A stretch of 55,411 bases of DNA, counting the filler, from Sphacelaria rigidula (taxonomy: Eukaryota): NCBI GenBank assembly GCA_964200075.2. It is 4 parts of 4 records of this genome, joined end to end, with 100 filler letters (N's around TTAATTAATTAA, not from the genome) between each part and the next. Parts side by side here need not be neighbours in the genome. Positions count along the whole stretch, not along the records: positions 41,636 to 55,411 come from CAXNAA020002675.1; 3 more parts are not named here. One strand, given 5' to 3'. A program made the position numbers and the translations under genes. Positions 52,701 through 55,411 of this stretch are shown in pieces (within the stretch, counting starts at the first letter, position 1; every line of letters begins with the position of its first letter). Below the pieces are notes generated by a model. The model was not told where the DNA came from and did not search any database. It saw only the letters and a program-made list of their open reading frames with translations.

Positions 52701-53780
52701 TTTTGTGTTTTTTCCTTCAGCGAGTGTTTCAGTTTTGCTTTTTGTGTGTACGCCTATCATGCGAGCACGGCTGAACCCCTGGGGTGGTTGTCAAAGTGCG
52801 ACAATCGATCCATCAATCAACCAGGGTAGGCTCCCACATGACCATGTTTCACGCGGACGGCAAAAGAGAAAATACGTGGCCACCGTTGAAAGAACAGCAT
52901 AACTCCCCACCTGGGATGGCTGGGTAATGGCGCAGCCAGACAGTGTTTCGAATACGGGATGCTTGAGCAGGCAGCAGCCAGTAGTACTGGATCTTTCAAG
53001 AAATCCCTCTGAAGACCCCGCGCTGGAGGAACACGTTCATGCGATTTGACTTCCTCAGGGTAAAAAATGCTTGACTTGCGGTTTTGGTGGAACACATATC
53101 TTGTGAACCGGACAGTATCGTGTTGTTCCCTTCTTCAGGCTGAAAACATGAATGATCAGCTCTGACGCGTGGAATGTCTGTACCCTCCTGAAGAGGTTAC
53201 CGGTTAGCCCTTCCATCGCCAGGGAGTGAAGCAGTCTGGGTGTACGGTCGTTTCTCGATTGGAAAACAATTGTCGACTCAACCAATGATCCACCCCGTCG
53301 GCGGTTAAAGTAGGGTTTCAACGAAATTATCAAAAGCCATTCGGGTGAAACGTGTCCAGTCTCCCACACCCTGAATGATGACTTTAGGTTACACTTTCTG
53401 ATACAAACGTACTGCGCACGGAATAGAATATCTTGCCTACTGCAATAGACGCAATGATTGATACTGTACCCAGTACACTTTACAACAATGTACCATGTTG
53501 TCATTGACCTAAAAGCCGAGGCAGATCTCCCCACGCCCAAATATGGGCGGTAAACCTGTCTCCTCGTCTTCATTATTATTTCTCATTCCGTTTCTGTGGT
53601 GTAGACATGGCGTTTGACACCATTTCATTTCTCTGCCCCGCCCCCGCCCCCGCCCCCGCCCCATACCTCCGTTGTGTCTTGGATGCGCTGCAGTGCGGTG
53701 GGGATGGCCATACCGGATCCACGTGCTGTCGCGAGGGCTATTCTTGTACCTCGATGGGCACCGGCGGGTGTTACTCTCAG
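43749..53780 (+). CDS. Spliced gene, 3'-partial: secreted protein with a WSC domain followed by a CBM1 (fungal-type cellulose-binding) module
   Basis: Exons 43749-43870, 44979-45204, 50964-51072, 52122-52228 and 53694-53780 are all GT-AG with consistent phases (2, 0, 1, 0, 0). Signal peptide: MGRFFWIAVVALAYQEAEA. WSC: VGCFSD..DRVL..MTPDVCRTHC..YYGTQ|HGNECWCG..CDMACAGDASITCG|GHFSFDLF. CBM1: YGK|CGGDGHTGSTCCREGYSCTSMGTGGCYSQ. Confidence 0.9.
47170..48234. repeat. Inverted repeat with ~370-bp diverged arms, part of a modular repeat family
   Basis: ~47170-47540 pairs with ~47870-48234 (e.g. GGCGCTGATTGG / CCAATCAGCGCC and GGTCAGTATGATACCA / TGGTATCATACTGACC). A further partial direct copy lies at ~54950-55057. 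Confidence 0.85.
48525..50848. mobile_element. Putative long-TIR (foldback/MULE-like) non-autonomous element
   Basis: ~48525-48885 pairs in inverted orientation with ~50567-50848 (CTGCTTACAATGCGACGTGAA / TTCACGTCGCATTGTAAGCAG; GAGTCAAGTGCC / GGCACTTGACTC). No TSD or transposase was identified. Confidence 0.65.
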
Positions 53781-55232
53781 GTGCTGCAAGAGACCCCCCG
53801 ATAATATAGCGTGTTTGTATTTTTTCTAATTTCTGATTTTTGTGTCGAGAGTGCCTTGAGAAGGCAGAGAGTGATACTCTTATTGCGGGCGAAATGAGAA
53901 CAGAGTGGTTTGCTTTGGCGTGGGTCTGAATCACTGTGTGCCTTGGTGTGGTATCTTCGCCTGGCTTGTTGGCTCTGTGCTTCGTCGAGTTTTTAATGTA
54001 TCCAGTCACGAGTGCGCTCTGTTGTAGTTTTGGTCGTCACCTTGTCGATCATTTTTTCGTGGATGTATCATGTCTAGTGTTGGATATCGCCATCTCTACC
54101 GTATCGAAAACAGCTCGACAAAATGATACCGATAACGATAACGAATCCTTTCGCCGGAAAGTTCATTCATCTTCTTGGGATCGACCTCCAGGCTGGTGGA
54201 CGCTCAACCACCAAAAAATCACTCACTTACAAATAAATACTTATGCCGATGAATGGAGTTGACTCCTTTTTTTTGCACACGACTACTACGAAACATCACG
54301 ATACTTACGTTGGATGGGGTGTTTCGAAGTTTTTCGTCAGCTGTCCGGGGTCCCAGGGTCTCGCGGAGCCACATGCCTTTTTGGGACACCCGACAATTGG
54401 GCAAGGGAAAAGTCGAAAGATCCTAATCATGCTATTCATGCATAGCTTTGTAATGTCCCAAAGTATATGTACAAAGTCTCAGAGTCAAACTCCAAAACCC
54501 GTCGTGAACATTTGCGCCTTTGTGAGATGAAATGACCTTGAATTCTGTAAACTCGCAACAATGTCCGTGGGCACCGGATGGCTTTCGCACGGGTGTTTTA
54601 CGCGAACAACCCGTGAACAAAAGGTGCGGTGTGCTGTGTACAATGTTTTTGCTGCAAAGCGAAATGTGGCCTGGCGAGAGTCCAGGTCAAATACAGCAGC
54701 TGACTATGAGCAGCGATGCACTTGGTGCAGCGTTTCCTTACTTGATTTCGATATAGAACGTGTCTTTTTCGCGTATGTTAACGCTAATTCGAGAAAAAAC
54801 GAACAAGATTTTCCAGCTTCGCAACCAAAGATTGTAATACACGTTCGATGAACTACCTCGAGACGCATAATTTATTTTCTATTTTGGAGACATTCTGTAA
54901 CGGTTTCTGGGGGGGCATTTATGCTGGAACTCCCGGAAGCCGCCTCTCGTCAGCTCATTGCGTCAATATGATACCATGTGTGCGACTATTGGGTAGGCAT
55001 TCGGAAGGCATTTGCTGATGATACAATTTTCGGTGAGGAGCGTGAACCAGCCTGTACCACGTTCACATGATGCTTCTCCACCATGTACCACTCCATGTGA
55101 ATTGACTGGTGGATTGTCGAACATTACATTACCTCATCCGCCCAAAAATTCCGGAGATGAGTACGTATCCAAGGTGAACACGAAATACAGCTAATCTAGA
55201 TGGTGAGGTCTAATATCTACCCTTTACTTTGA

Positions 55233-55320
55233 TCGCCCCGATGGCTCAGTTGGTAACCTCGCGACCTTCTGACGGACGGGCCCTGAGTTCGAACCTCGGT
55301 GCAGTCATACGATCTTGGAT
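55233..55320 (+). mobile_element. tRNA-derived SINE head
   Basis: A-box TGGCTCAGTTGG and B-box GAGTTCGAACC. The D-stem and acceptor stem do not pair. A homologous copy lies at 6500-6618(-). Confidence 0.7.
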
Positions 55321-55345
55321 TATTTCTCGCAGAGTACCCTACCGT

Positions 55346-55411
55346 TCGCCCCGGTGGCTCAGTTGGTAACACCGTAACCTTTTGACGGTTGAGTAGTGGG
55401 GTTCGATTCCC
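55346..55411 (+). mobile_element. Second tRNA-derived SINE head, truncated by the window end
   Basis: TCGCCCCGGTGGCTCAGTTGGTAAC...GGGTTCGATTCCC, 113 bp after the first head. Confidence 0.65.

Noticed and set aside
27759..55411. Apparent cluster of two secreted-protein genes (SMP-30-like and WSC-CBM1)
   Set aside because: They lie on different contigs that are adjacent only because of size sorting.

Overview
This window is eukaryotic and intron-rich. It is most likely a brown alga (Phaeophyceae); that is an inference from the gene families, splice style and transposon types. It is not one locus. Four contigs of 13,779, 13,779, 13,777 and 13,776 bp are joined by identical 100-bp linkers (N44-TTAATTAATTAA-N44), so order across the junctions has no biological meaning. 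Each contig holds one partial spliced gene that the ORF track only partly shows. Contig 1 (minus strand) encodes a large low-complexity protein ending in a tesmin/TSO1/LIN54-type CRC (CXC) domain. Contig 2 (minus strand) has the N-terminal beta-propeller exons of a probable Nup214/Nup159-like nucleoporin, with a decayed RTE-type LINE in intron 1, followed by a tandem dimer of a 1.1-kb TIR element. Contig 3 (plus strand) encodes a secreted SMP-30/gluconolactonase-like beta-propeller protein interrupted by an old Copia LTR element, which itself carries a hAT-like insertion with an 8-bp TSD. Contig 4 (plus strand) encodes a secreted WSC + CBM1 protein among foldback and long-inverted-repeat elements, and ends in two tRNA-derived SINE heads. 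I found no clearly new multi-gene system. The best leads are the WSC-CBM1 protein, the possibly damaged SMP-30-like gene with nested transposons, and the tandem TIR dimer. All calls come from reading the sequence by eye; no searches were run.
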